From: an uncultured Bacteroides sp.
GTDB lineage: Bacteria > Bacteroidota > Bacteroidia > Bacteroidales > Muribaculaceae
Length of the DNA: 64,000 nucleotides
Assembly (NCBI GenBank): GCA_964397235.1
Contig: CAYNHP010000001.1
Span: 12,495 to 76,494 of the forward strand
Direction: 5' to 3'
Below, piece by piece: positions 1 through 8,265 of this stretch. The position numbers and the translations under genes are program-made. Under the pieces are notes generated by a model that was given only the letters and a program-made list of their open reading frames with translations, ran no database searches and was not told where the DNA came from. The first letter of the stretch is position 1. Every line of letters begins with the position of its first letter.

Positions 1-655
1 TGTGGCAGTCGTCCTTGAAAATCTTGGGTGCGGGGGTGGGCTCGAGGCCTTTCAGCAGCTCGTCCTGAGGGATGGTGTGGAGGTTGCCGGCGAGGATATC
101 GTCGACGGTGCGGAGGGTAAGTCGGGCGCCCAGGGCCATCAGGCGGTCGTGGACAGAGCCTGCGTCCTCGTCGGGTCCCACTTCGATGGCTTCGCGGCTG
201 ATGATGTCGCCGGTGTCGATTTCGTGCTTGAGGAAGAAGGTTGTGACGCCCGTTTCGGTTTCCCCGGCCATGATGGCGCGGTTGATGGGGGCGGCTCCGC
301 GGTACTTCGGCAACAGCGAGCCGTGGAGGTTGAAGGTGCCAAGCCGGGGCATGGTCCACACCACTTCCGGCAGCATGCGGAAGGCGATGACTATGAAGAG
401 GTCGGCATCTATGGCGTGCAGGGCATCCACAAATGCCTCATCCTTAAGGCGTTCGGGCTGGAGCAGGGGGAGGCTGTGGGCTAAGGCATACTCCTTGACG
501 GCTGACATGGAGAGCTTCTTGCCGCGACCGGCCGGCTTGTCGGGCATCGTAACTACGGCTGCAACATTGTAGCCTCCGCTTACGAGCGCGTCGAGGCTGG
601 CCACAGCGAATTCGGGCGTGCCGAAAAATACTATCTTGAGGTCGTTCTTATTCAT
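1..655 (-). CDS. fmt: Methionyl-tRNA formyltransferase (runs off window start)
   Basis: Manual translation from ATG at 655: MNKNDLKIVFFGTPEFAVASLDALVSGGYNVAAVVTMPDKPAGRG, later FNLHGSLLPKYRGAAPIN. Absent from the ORF track because no stop lies in the window. Confidence 0.95.
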   Translation of the reverse strand, partial: MNKNDLKIVFFGTPEFAVASLDALVSGGYNVAAVVTMPDKPAGRGKKLSMSAVKEYALAHSLPLLQPERLKDEAFVDALHAIDADLFIVIAFRMLPEVVWTMPRLGTFNLHGSLLPKYRGAAPINRAIMAGETETGVTTFFLKHEIDTGDIISREAIEVGPDEDAGSVHDRLMALGARLTLRTVDDILAGNLHTIPQDELLKGLEPTPAPKIFKDDCH

Positions 656-1346
656 TTTCAGGGTTTTGGCCGGCAACCGAGGCCTCCATGGCTTGCCAGA
701 GCGTATCGGAGGGTACGGGCGCGGTGATGTCGATAAGTTTGTGGGACACAGGGTGCTCGAAGCGGATATTGCGCGCGTGGAGGGATATGCTTCCGTCAGG
801 ATTGCTGCGCTTGTCGCCGTACTTGAGGTCGCCTTTTATGGGGCATCCGATGCTTGAAAGCTGGACGCGGATCTGGTGCTTGCGGCCGGTGAACAGACGC
901 ACTTCGAGCAAGTTGTAGCGGTCGGATCTGCCGATGATTCTGTAAGCAAGACTGGCTTCCTTGGCGCCCTCGGTCGGGGCAGGGTAGGCGTAGGACTTGT
1001 TGTTGCGCTCCACCGATTTAATATAATGTGTGAGGGTATCCTCGGGCTTTTGTGGCGTTCCGCGGGTGATGGCCCAGTAGGTTTTATGCACATCTCCGGC
1101 GGCAAACATGGCATTGAGTCGGGAGAGGGCCTTGGATGTCTTGGCGAACACCACCACGCCGGACACCGGCCGGTCCAGACGGTGCACCACGCCCATGAAC
1201 ACATTGCCGGGCTTGCCGTCGCGCTCCTTAATCAGGCGCTTGAGCGATTCGGACAGCGGCTCGTCGCCCGTCTTATCGCCCTGGACAATCTCGCCCGGAG
1301 CCTTGTTTACAATAATTATATGGTTGTCTTCGTAGAGTATTTCCAT
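648..1346 (-). CDS. RluA-family RNA pseudouridine synthase
   Basis: Motifs ILYEDNHIIIVNKAPG, HRLDRPVSG (catalytic Asp), TGRKHQIRVQL and GDLKYG. Confidence 0.95.
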   Translation of the reverse strand: MEILYEDNHIIIVNKAPGEIVQGDKTGDEPLSESLKRLIKERDGKPGNVFMGVVHRLDRPVSGVVVFAKTSKALSRLNAMFAAGDVHKTYWAITRGTPQKPEDTLTHYIKSVERNNKSYAYPAPTEGAKEASLAYRIIGRSDRYNLLEVRLFTGRKHQIRVQLSSIGCPIKGDLKYGDKRSNPDGSISLHARNIRFEHPVSHKLIDITAPVPSDTLWQAMEASVAGQNPENE

Positions 1347-1460
1347 CAAGTTCGATTTTCACCGCAAAGATAAACAAAAAAACCGACATTATCGAAAAAT
1401 ATCCCGGGCTTGAAAATTTCGTTTTTCGTGGAAAGGTTTGGAAATGCCGAAAAAATGTTG

Positions 1461-1468
1461 TACCTTTG
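1461..1468 (+). promoter_or_regulatory. Bacteroidetes sigma70 -7 element for the rplY operon
   Basis: TACCTTTG matches TAnnTTTG, with an upstream TTTG at 1437-1440. Confidence 0.65.
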
Positions 1469-1547
1469 CGGTGCTTTTTAGCATCCCCGTGTGATGGGAA
1501 ATTAAGAAGCAGTCTTAATTTTTAGTAACACAATCACTTACGCAAAA

Positions 1548-2204
1548 ATGAAAGTATTCGAACTTGCGGCTACCCCCCGCACCGCCCTCGGCAAGAAGGC
1601 AACCAAGGCACTTCGCCAGCAGAATCTCATCCCCGTTGTGCTCAACGGCGGCGAAATCATCGAACTCCCCTACAACGGCACCCTCAAAGAAGGTGAAAAA
1701 ATCGTAGAAATCGGCAACGGCAAAGGCCTGATCACCACCGACCTCGCAGTAACTCAGGACGCAGTCCGCAAGCTCGTCTACACCCCCGATATCTTCGCTA
1801 TCGAACTCGATATCAACGGCGACAAGCGCATGGCCGTGCTCAAGGACATCCAGTTCCACCCCGTTAAGGACAACATCCTCCACATGGACCTCCTCGAAGT
1901 GAAGGAAGGCAAGCCCGTAACCATGGAAGTGCCCGTTAAGCTCGACGGTCACGCCGAAGGTGTTAAGGCCGGTGGTAAGCTCCAGCTGGCCATGAAGAAG
2001 ATGAAAGTTCGCGCTCCCTACACCGCTATCCCCGAGCGTCTGGTAATCAACGTGGACAACCTCGGCCTGGGCAAGACCCTCCAGGTTGGCGAACTCCACT
2101 TCGAAGGCCTCGAACTGGTCAACGCCAAGAACGCCGTAGTTTGCGCCGTTGCCCTGACCCGCGCCGCCCGTGGTGCCGCCGCTGCTGCAGCTGCAGGTAA
2201 GTAA
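1548..2204 (+). CDS. rplY: 50S ribosomal protein L25/Ctc
   Basis: RTALGKKATKALR, KDIQFHPVKDNILHMDL, GVKAGG; strongly biased codons. Confidence 0.96.
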   Translation: MKVFELAATPRTALGKKATKALRQQNLIPVVLNGGEIIELPYNGTLKEGEKIVEIGNGKGLITTDLAVTQDAVRKLVYTPDIFAIELDINGDKRMAVLKDIQFHPVKDNILHMDLLEVKEGKPVTMEVPVKLDGHAEGVKAGGKLQLAMKKMKVRAPYTAIPERLVINVDNLGLGKTLQVGELHFEGLELVNAKNAVVCAVALTRAARGAAAAAAAGK

Positions 2205-2224
2205 TCTGATTTTCAACCCGTGCT

Positions 2225-2788
2225 ATGAAATATCTCATTGTCGGGTTGGGGAACATAGGCGACGAATATCGCTACACGCGACATAACATCGGCTTTATGA
2301 TATTGGACGCCTTTGCACAGGCGTCCAATTTTTCTTTCTCCACCGAGCGCTACGGCGACGTGGCCCGCGGAAGGGTGAAGAACAAGCAGGTCGTCCTCCT
2401 CAAACCCTCCACATACATGAACCTAAGCGGCAACGCCGTGCGCTACTGGAAAGAGCACGAAGGCGTCGACCTGGACCACATCCTGGTGGTAGTCGACGAT
2501 ATTGCCCTGCCCGTAGGAGCCATACGCATCAAGGGCCGCGGCAGCGACGCCGGACACAACGGCCTGAAGAATATTGCAGCCATGCTGGGCACCGACGCCT
2601 ACCCCCGCCTGCGCTTCGGCGTGGGCAACGACTTTCCGCGCGGATGTCAGATTGACTACGTGCTGGGGCGCTTCCCCGCCGATGAGATGACGCTTGTCAA
2701 CGAACGAATCGGCGTAGCCTGCGAGGCAATCAAGGAGTATGTTCTGGCCGGGCTCGGAAACGCCATGTGCAAGTTCAACAACAAGTAA
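2225..2788 (+). CDS. pth: Peptidyl-tRNA hydrolase
   Basis: LIVGLGNIG, TRHNIGF, KPSTYMNLSG, GHNGLKNI. Confidence 0.97.
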   Translation: MKYLIVGLGNIGDEYRYTRHNIGFMILDAFAQASNFSFSTERYGDVARGRVKNKQVVLLKPSTYMNLSGNAVRYWKEHEGVDLDHILVVVDDIALPVGAIRIKGRGSDAGHNGLKNIAAMLGTDAYPRLRFGVGNDFPRGCQIDYVLGRFPADEMTLVNERIGVACEAIKEYVLAGLGNAMCKFNNK

Positions 2789-2791
2789 GCG

Positions 2792-3604
2792 ATGAAAGTG
2801 AGCCTGCTCATCTCCACCTACAACCGCCCCGATGCGCTGGAGGCATGCCTGCGGTCGGTACTGCGGCAAACCTGTGTGCCGGACGAGATTATTGTCGGCG
2901 ACGACGGCTCGGGGCCCGAAACGCGGCGCCTGGTGGAGCAGTTGCAGGCCGAACATCCCGGGGCGGTCATTCTCTACGAGTGGCAGGAGGACCGCGGCTT
3001 CCGGCTGGCCCGGATGCGAAACCGCTGCATTGCCCGGGCAACCGGTGAGTACATAATCCAGATCGACGGCGACCTGATTCTGAGCCGCCATTTTGTGGCC
3101 GACCACGTGGCGCTCGCCCGGCCGGGTTATTATGTCCGTGGCGGAAGAATACGCCTGGCGGAAAAATCTACCGCCAGGCTGCTGCAAACGCAGGCTCCAT
3201 TGCGGTTCTACACCCCTTGGCGCCCGGCAATCCACCACGACAGCCTCAAGGCCGTCCGCATGCCGCTGCTGGGACGCATCATCTCGCCCCACTATAAAAG
3301 GGCCACAACCGGCCTGGGCGCGAACACAGCCTTCTGGCGCAGCGACCTCCTGCGTGTCAACGGCTACGACGAGAACTTCGAGGGCTGGGGCGGCGAGGAC
3401 AACGACATAGAACTGCGCCTGCGGGCCGTTGGGGTCAGGTCGTTCAAACTATTCCACCTCGGCCTCGCATTCCACCTATACCACGGCGAGAGCTCCAATC
3501 CGCATTACAACCAAATCAAACAATACATCACCGCCAAGCTGGCACGCAAGGAATACGTAGCCTGCAACGGCATCGAAAAACATGAACGAAGTCAGAATAG
3601 ATAA
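2792..3604 (+). CDS. Glycosyltransferase family 2 (with GT7C-like C-terminus)
   Basis: ISTYNRP, DDGS, IDGD and VNGYDENFEGWGGED motifs. Confidence 0.92.
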   Translation: MKVSLLISTYNRPDALEACLRSVLRQTCVPDEIIVGDDGSGPETRRLVEQLQAEHPGAVILYEWQEDRGFRLARMRNRCIARATGEYIIQIDGDLILSRHFVADHVALARPGYYVRGGRIRLAEKSTARLLQTQAPLRFYTPWRPAIHHDSLKAVRMPLLGRIISPHYKRATTGLGANTAFWRSDLLRVNGYDENFEGWGGEDNDIELRLRAVGVRSFKLFHLGLAFHLYHGESSNPHYNQIKQYITAKLARKEYVACNGIEKHERSQNR

Positions 3605-4049
3605 GTGGCTGTGGGCCATGCGAATATATAAAACGCGCACCATTGCGACGGATGCCTGCAAGAAGGGTCGCGTCACCGTGGGCGACAATCCCAACCCCGT
3701 CAAGCCCTCGCGCGCCATCACCGTGGGCGACATTATTCATGTGCGCAAGTCGCCCGTGACGTTCACCTTCCGCGTGCTGGCCGTTACCGAGAACCGCCTC
3801 GGCGCGCGTCTGGTGCCCCAGTACATGGAGAACCTCACCCCACAGAGCGAGTACGACCTCCTGGAGGTGGTGAAGATTTCCGGATTTATCGACCGTCGCA
3901 AGGGCCTCGGACGTCCCACCAAGCGCGAGGGTCGCGAACTGTCCAAGTTCACCAGCGAGGCCGCCGACGACGGGTGGGATTTCGACTTCGATTTCGATGA
4001 AGACCTTGACGACGACACCGACGACACTCAAGCGCAAACCCAAAACTGA
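3582..4049 (+). CDS. hslR: S4-domain RNA-binding protein Hsp15/RqcP-like
   Basis: VRIDKWLWAMRIYKTRT, GRPTKREGR; acidic tail. Confidence 0.9.
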   Translation: MNEVRIDKWLWAMRIYKTRTIATDACKKGRVTVGDNPNPVKPSRAITVGDIIHVRKSPVTFTFRVLAVTENRLGARLVPQYMENLTPQSEYDLLEVVKISGFIDRRKGLGRPTKREGRELSKFTSEAADDGWDFDFDFDEDLDDDTDDTQAQTQN

Positions 4050-4054
4050 CCGTT

Positions 4055-5407
4055 ATGACATTTGACGAGCTTGCCCTCAGCGACGAAATACTCGATGCCC
4101 TCGACTCGATGGGTTTCGAACAGTGCACCCCGGTGCAAGAACAGGCCATCGGCATAGTGCTCGACGGCTACGACCTCATTGCCTGCGCCCAGACCGGCAC
4201 GGGCAAAACGGCCGCATACCTTCTGCCCATCATCGACCTGCTGGCCGAGCGCCCGCGTGCCGACAGGAAGGTGAAATGCGTCATCATGGTGCCCACCCAT
4301 GAGCTGGCCCAGCAGATCGACCGCCAGATGGAGGGCTTTTCCTACTTCCTGCCCGTGAGCAGCCTGGCCATCCACGGCGGCAACGACGGCAAGGCCTTCG
4401 CCCAGCAGCAACATGCCCTGCGTGCCGGCGCCGACATGGTCATCGCGACCCCCGGGCGCCTGCTGGCCCACATGAAGATGGGCTATGTGGACCTCTCCGG
4501 CGTCGAATTCTTCGTTCTGGACGAGGCCGACCGTATGCTCGACATGGGTTTCTACGACGACATCATGCGCATCGTCCGCCAGCTCCCCTCCGACCGCCAG
4601 ACGCTCATGTTCTCCGCAACCATGCCGGCGCAGATCCGCAAGATGGCCAACGATATTCTCTACGAGCCCAAGGAGGTGAAGATTGCCATTTCCAAGCCCG
4701 CCGAGAAGGTGCAGCAGTCGGTGTTCATATGCCATGAGTACCAGAAAACCGACCTCCTGAAGAATCTTTTTAAGCAGGGTTTCAACAAAAAGGTCATCGT
4801 TTTTGCTGGTTCCAAGCTGAAGGTGCACGAACTCACCCAGTCGTTGCGCCGCGACCGCTGGAAGGCTGCCGAGATGCACTCCGACCTCGATCAGGCCGCG
4901 CGCGAAAAGGTAATTCACGACTTCCGCAACGGCCGCATCGACATCCTCATTGCCACCGACATCCTCTCCCGCGGCATCGACATCGACGACATCACCATGG
5001 TGGTCAACTACGACGTCCCCGGCGAGGCCGAGGACTATGTGCACCGCATCGGACGCACCGCCCGAGCCGGAAGCGAGGGCAAAGCCGTCACCTTCGTGGG
5101 CGAGCGCGACCAACCCCGCTTCGCCCGCATCGAACGTTTCCTCAAAATCGAAGTCCCCCGCGAAGAAGTGCCCTCCGAACTGGGCGACACTCCCTCCTAC
5201 CAGCCCGACCGCCGCACCGACGGCCGCCGCGGCTCCAAGCGCCCCTCCAAGCCTAAGCAGCGCACCCCCAAAGAGGCCCAACCGGCTAAAGAAGCCAAAG
5301 CCGCCGCCCCCAAGACAGAAGCAGGCGAAGCCCCCGCTCCCGCAGCCGAAGGCCAAGACCGCCCCAAGAAGAAAAAACGCCGCTTTTACCGCCCCCGCAA
5401 ATCTTAA
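4055..5407 (+). CDS. DEAD-box RNA helicase
   Basis: AQTGTGKT, LDEADRMLDMGF, SAT, HRIGRTARAG. Confidence 0.97.
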   Translation: MTFDELALSDEILDALDSMGFEQCTPVQEQAIGIVLDGYDLIACAQTGTGKTAAYLLPIIDLLAERPRADRKVKCVIMVPTHELAQQIDRQMEGFSYFLPVSSLAIHGGNDGKAFAQQQHALRAGADMVIATPGRLLAHMKMGYVDLSGVEFFVLDEADRMLDMGFYDDIMRIVRQLPSDRQTLMFSATMPAQIRKMANDILYEPKEVKIAISKPAEKVQQSVFICHEYQKTDLLKNLFKQGFNKKVIVFAGSKLKVHELTQSLRRDRWKAAEMHSDLDQAAREKVIHDFRNGRIDILIATDILSRGIDIDDITMVVNYDVPGEAEDYVHRIGRTARAGSEGKAVTFVGERDQPRFARIERFLKIEVPREEVPSELGDTPSYQPDRRTDGRRGSKRPSKPKQRTPKEAQPAKEAKAAAPKTEAGEAPAPAAEGQDRPKKKKRRFYRPRKS

Positions 5408-5411
5408 ACCC

Positions 5412-5768
5412 ATGGAGTTAAATGGGAAAAACATCAATCGTTTAATCAGGTATCACCAATATCGTTTGAAACGTAACTGGAAGGATATCTGCTTAAAGAT
5501 TTTGGCGTGGATTTACCTCCTTTCAGCATTTTGCATCTTTGCTAACTGCTTCTCATATAATATTATTATAGCTGATAAGCCATTAGGCTATTTCATCGTA
5601 GTTATAAAAGCGGTGGGTTACTATGCACTTTTCGTATTGGTAAATCATCTTTTGGTCGGTAAGATTATTTCTCACCAAATTCTATTTGTTATTGAAATTC
5701 TCGCAGTGTTGATGTTGTTCAGTTTGTTACTGACCGACGCAAGGCTGGAGAATTGTCTCTCTTTCTGA
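5412..5768 (+). CDS. Small AT-rich membrane protein, hypothetical (118 aa)
   Basis: ATG at 5412, the 3' part of track ORF 4950..5768 (MELNGKNINRLIRYHQ...); about three hydrophobic segments; abrupt GC drop. Confidence 0.6.
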   Translation: MELNGKNINRLIRYHQYRLKRNWKDICLKILAWIYLLSAFCIFANCFSYNIIIADKPLGYFIVVIKAVGYYALFVLVNHLLVGKIISHQILFVIEILAVLMLFSLLLTDARLENCLSF

Positions 5769-5860
5769 AAACCGGCTTTAGAGGCTGACTAATGAGGTTT
5801 GTCTTTGGGTGGAGGTGTGCTAAACTTTCTAAAATCTGCCATTTTGGCACCCCGCGGCTG

Positions 5861-5876
5861 TGGCATATTGTTTGCT
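5861..5876 (+). promoter_or_regulatory. Sigma54-like -24/-12 promoter upstream of htpG
   Basis: TGGCAT-ATTGT-TTGCT fits TGGCAy-N5-TTGCw. Confidence 0.5.
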
Positions 5877-5949
5877 ATCGTTGTTATACTGATGCATGAC
5901 AAACTGGCATGGTAAGAATAACGAAATTAACGAATTAACATAAAACGAT

Positions 5950-7998
5950 ATGCAAACAGGAAAAATCGGAGTTACAACCGAGAACATTTTCCCGGTAATC
6001 AAAAAATTCCTTTACAGCGACCACGAAATCTTCCTTCGTGAGCTCGTTTCTAATGCTGTGGACGCAACCCAGAAGTTGCGCACCCTCTCCGCCTTCGGCG
6101 ACTTCAAGGGCGAAATCGGCGACATGGACGTGCGCGTCACCGTCGACAAGGAAGCCGGTACGCTCACCGTCAGCGACCACGGCATCGGCATGACCGCCGA
6201 GGACGTCGAGAAGTACATCAACCAGATCGCCTTCTCCGGCGCCGAAGAGTTCCTCAATAAATATAAAGACACCGCCACCAACATCATCGGCCATTTCGGC
6301 CTCGGATTCTATTCCGCCTTTATGGTGGCCAAGAAGGTTGTAATCAACTCGTTGAGCTACAAGGAAGGCGCAGAACCCGTGCGCTGGGAATGCGATGGCT
6401 CGCCCGAGTACTCAATGGGCAAGGGCGACCGCACCACCCGCGGCACCGACATCATCCTCTACATCGACGACGACAGCAAGGAGTTCCTCGAGCAAACCCG
6501 CGTGGACATGCTCCTGCGCAAGTATTGCCGTTTCATGCCTGTGCCCGTAATCTCCGGAAAGGAGCTTGAATATAAGGACGGCAAGTGGGAGCCTACCGAT
6601 AAGGACCTGATTATCAACAGCACCGAACCCGAGTGGACCAAGAAACCGTCGGAACTCACCGATCAGGACTATCTGAACTTCTACCACAACCTATACCCCG
6701 GCGAGGACGACCCCCTGTTCTGGATCCACCTCAATGTCGACTACCCGTTCAATCTCACGGGCATCCTCTACTTCCCCAAGATTAAGAACAACTTCGACAT
6801 CAACAAGAACCGCATCCAGCTCTACTGCAACCAGGTATATGTAACCGACTCCGTGGAAGGCGTCGTACCCGAATTCATGATGCTCCTCCAGGGCGTAATC
6901 GACTCCCCGGACATCCCCCTGAACGTGAGCCGCTCCTACCTCCAGGCCGACACCGCCGTGAAGAAAATCTCCGGCTACATCACCAAGAAGGTCGCCGGAC
7001 GTCTGGACGAACTCTTCCGCGCCGACCGCGCCGAGTTCGAAAAGAAGTGGGACGACATCCGCATCTTCATCGTCTACGGCATGCTGACCGACGAAAAATT
7101 CGCCGAAGCAGCCAAGAAGTTCCTCCTCCTGCGCGACGCTCAGGGCAAGTACTTCACCCTTGAGGAATATCGCGCTCTCGTAGAACCCGAGCAGACCGAC
7201 TCCGAGGGCAACGTAGTTTACCTCTACGCCACCGATCCCGTTGCCCAGCACAGCTACATCGAGGCTGCCGAAAAGAAGGGCTATAATGTGCTCATCCTCG
7301 ACGGCCAGCTCGACAACCACTTCGTAGGTCTGCTCGAGCGCATCGTGCCCAAAACTCAGATGGTGCGCGTGGATGCCGACATCACCGAGAACCTCATCCG
7401 CAAAGCCGACCGCAAGGTCGCGGACCTCACACCCGCTCAGCGCGCAATCCTGACCCAGCTCTTCCAGGACGCCACCGCCAAGGTCGAAAAAGCTAACTTC
7501 GTGGTGCAGTTCGAGGCACTTTCGGCTGATGCTCAGCCCGTTGTGCTCACTCAGAACGAATTCATGCGCCGAATGAAGGACATGGCCGCCATGCAGCCGG
7601 GTATGAACTTCTATGGCGAACTGCCCGATTCCTACACGCTGGTGGTCAACACCGAGCACCCGCTCGTAAAGGACATCACCGCCAAGGCCGACGCAGCTCT
7701 TGAGGCTACCGTAAGCCCCATTCTGGCCAAAATTGATGCCGACAACGCCGAGATAACCAAAATCCGCGAAGCCGCAGCCGGCAAGCCTTCGGCCGAAGAC
7801 GACCAGAAGATGAAGGACCTCGAAAAGGCCGTGACCGACTCCCGCGCCGCCGAGTCCGACGCCATCAAGGCTTACGAGCCCTCCGCGCCCAATGTCGGCC
7901 AGCTCGTCGACCTCGCCCTGCTGGCCAACGGCCTCCTCAAGGGCTCAAACCTCAGCGAATTCATCGCCCGCTCCATCAGCATGATGAGCAAGCAGTAA
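5950..7998 (+). CDS. htpG: Molecular chaperone HtpG (Hsp90)
   Basis: LYSDHEIFLRELVSNAVDA, DHGIGM, IGHFGLGFYSAFMVA, PLNVSRSYLQ. Confidence 0.98.
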   Translation: MQTGKIGVTTENIFPVIKKFLYSDHEIFLRELVSNAVDATQKLRTLSAFGDFKGEIGDMDVRVTVDKEAGTLTVSDHGIGMTAEDVEKYINQIAFSGAEEFLNKYKDTATNIIGHFGLGFYSAFMVAKKVVINSLSYKEGAEPVRWECDGSPEYSMGKGDRTTRGTDIILYIDDDSKEFLEQTRVDMLLRKYCRFMPVPVISGKELEYKDGKWEPTDKDLIINSTEPEWTKKPSELTDQDYLNFYHNLYPGEDDPLFWIHLNVDYPFNLTGILYFPKIKNNFDINKNRIQLYCNQVYVTDSVEGVVPEFMMLLQGVIDSPDIPLNVSRSYLQADTAVKKISGYITKKVAGRLDELFRADRAEFEKKWDDIRIFIVYGMLTDEKFAEAAKKFLLLRDAQGKYFTLEEYRALVEPEQTDSEGNVVYLYATDPVAQHSYIEAAEKKGYNVLILDGQLDNHFVGLLERIVPKTQMVRVDADITENLIRKADRKVADLTPAQRAILTQLFQDATAKVEKANFVVQFEALSADAQPVVLTQNEFMRRMKDMAAMQPGMNFYGELPDSYTLVVNTEHPLVKDITAKADAALEATVSPILAKIDADNAEITKIREAAAGKPSAEDDQKMKDLEKAVTDSRAAESDAIKAYEPSAPNVGQLVDLALLANGLLKGSNLSEFIARSISMMSKQ

Positions 7999-8008
7999 AA
8001 AACTTCGA

Positions 8009-8110
8009 GATTAATCCCGATAAATCTCGATTACTCACGATAAATCTTGATAAATCAGGAAAAATCACGATTAGTCCCGATTAGTCCCGATTAGTCCTGA
8101 TTAATCAAGA
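8009..8110. repeat. Degenerate 10-bp tandem array (10 units, consensus TWARTCnnGA)
   Basis: Units ttaatcccga, taaatctcga, ttactcacga, taaatcttga, taaatcagga, aaaatcacga, ttagtcccga x2, ttagtcctga, ttaatcaaga. Confidence 0.9.
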
Positions 8111-8132
8111 ATTACACTAATTCCTATTTCTC

Positions 8133-8163
8133 CAAAGCCGTCTCCACCCTGGGGACGGCTTTG
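8133..8163 (+). terminator. Intrinsic terminator after htpG
   Basis: CAAAGCCGTCTCCA-ccc-TGGGGACGGCTTTG stem followed by T-rich sequence. Confidence 0.75.
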
Positions 8164-8265
8164 TCGTTGTCACAATTCCGACACGATAAGCTCGCGCGTG
8201 TATATAATAGGTGAAAAATTACTAACTTTGTGTCGCTGTTTCAGATAAATATCAATTCCATAATA

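Noticed and set aside
4950-5411. 5' extension of track ORF 4950..5768
   Set aside because: Pro/Ser-rich off-frame shadow of the helicase; the plausible start is ATG 5412.
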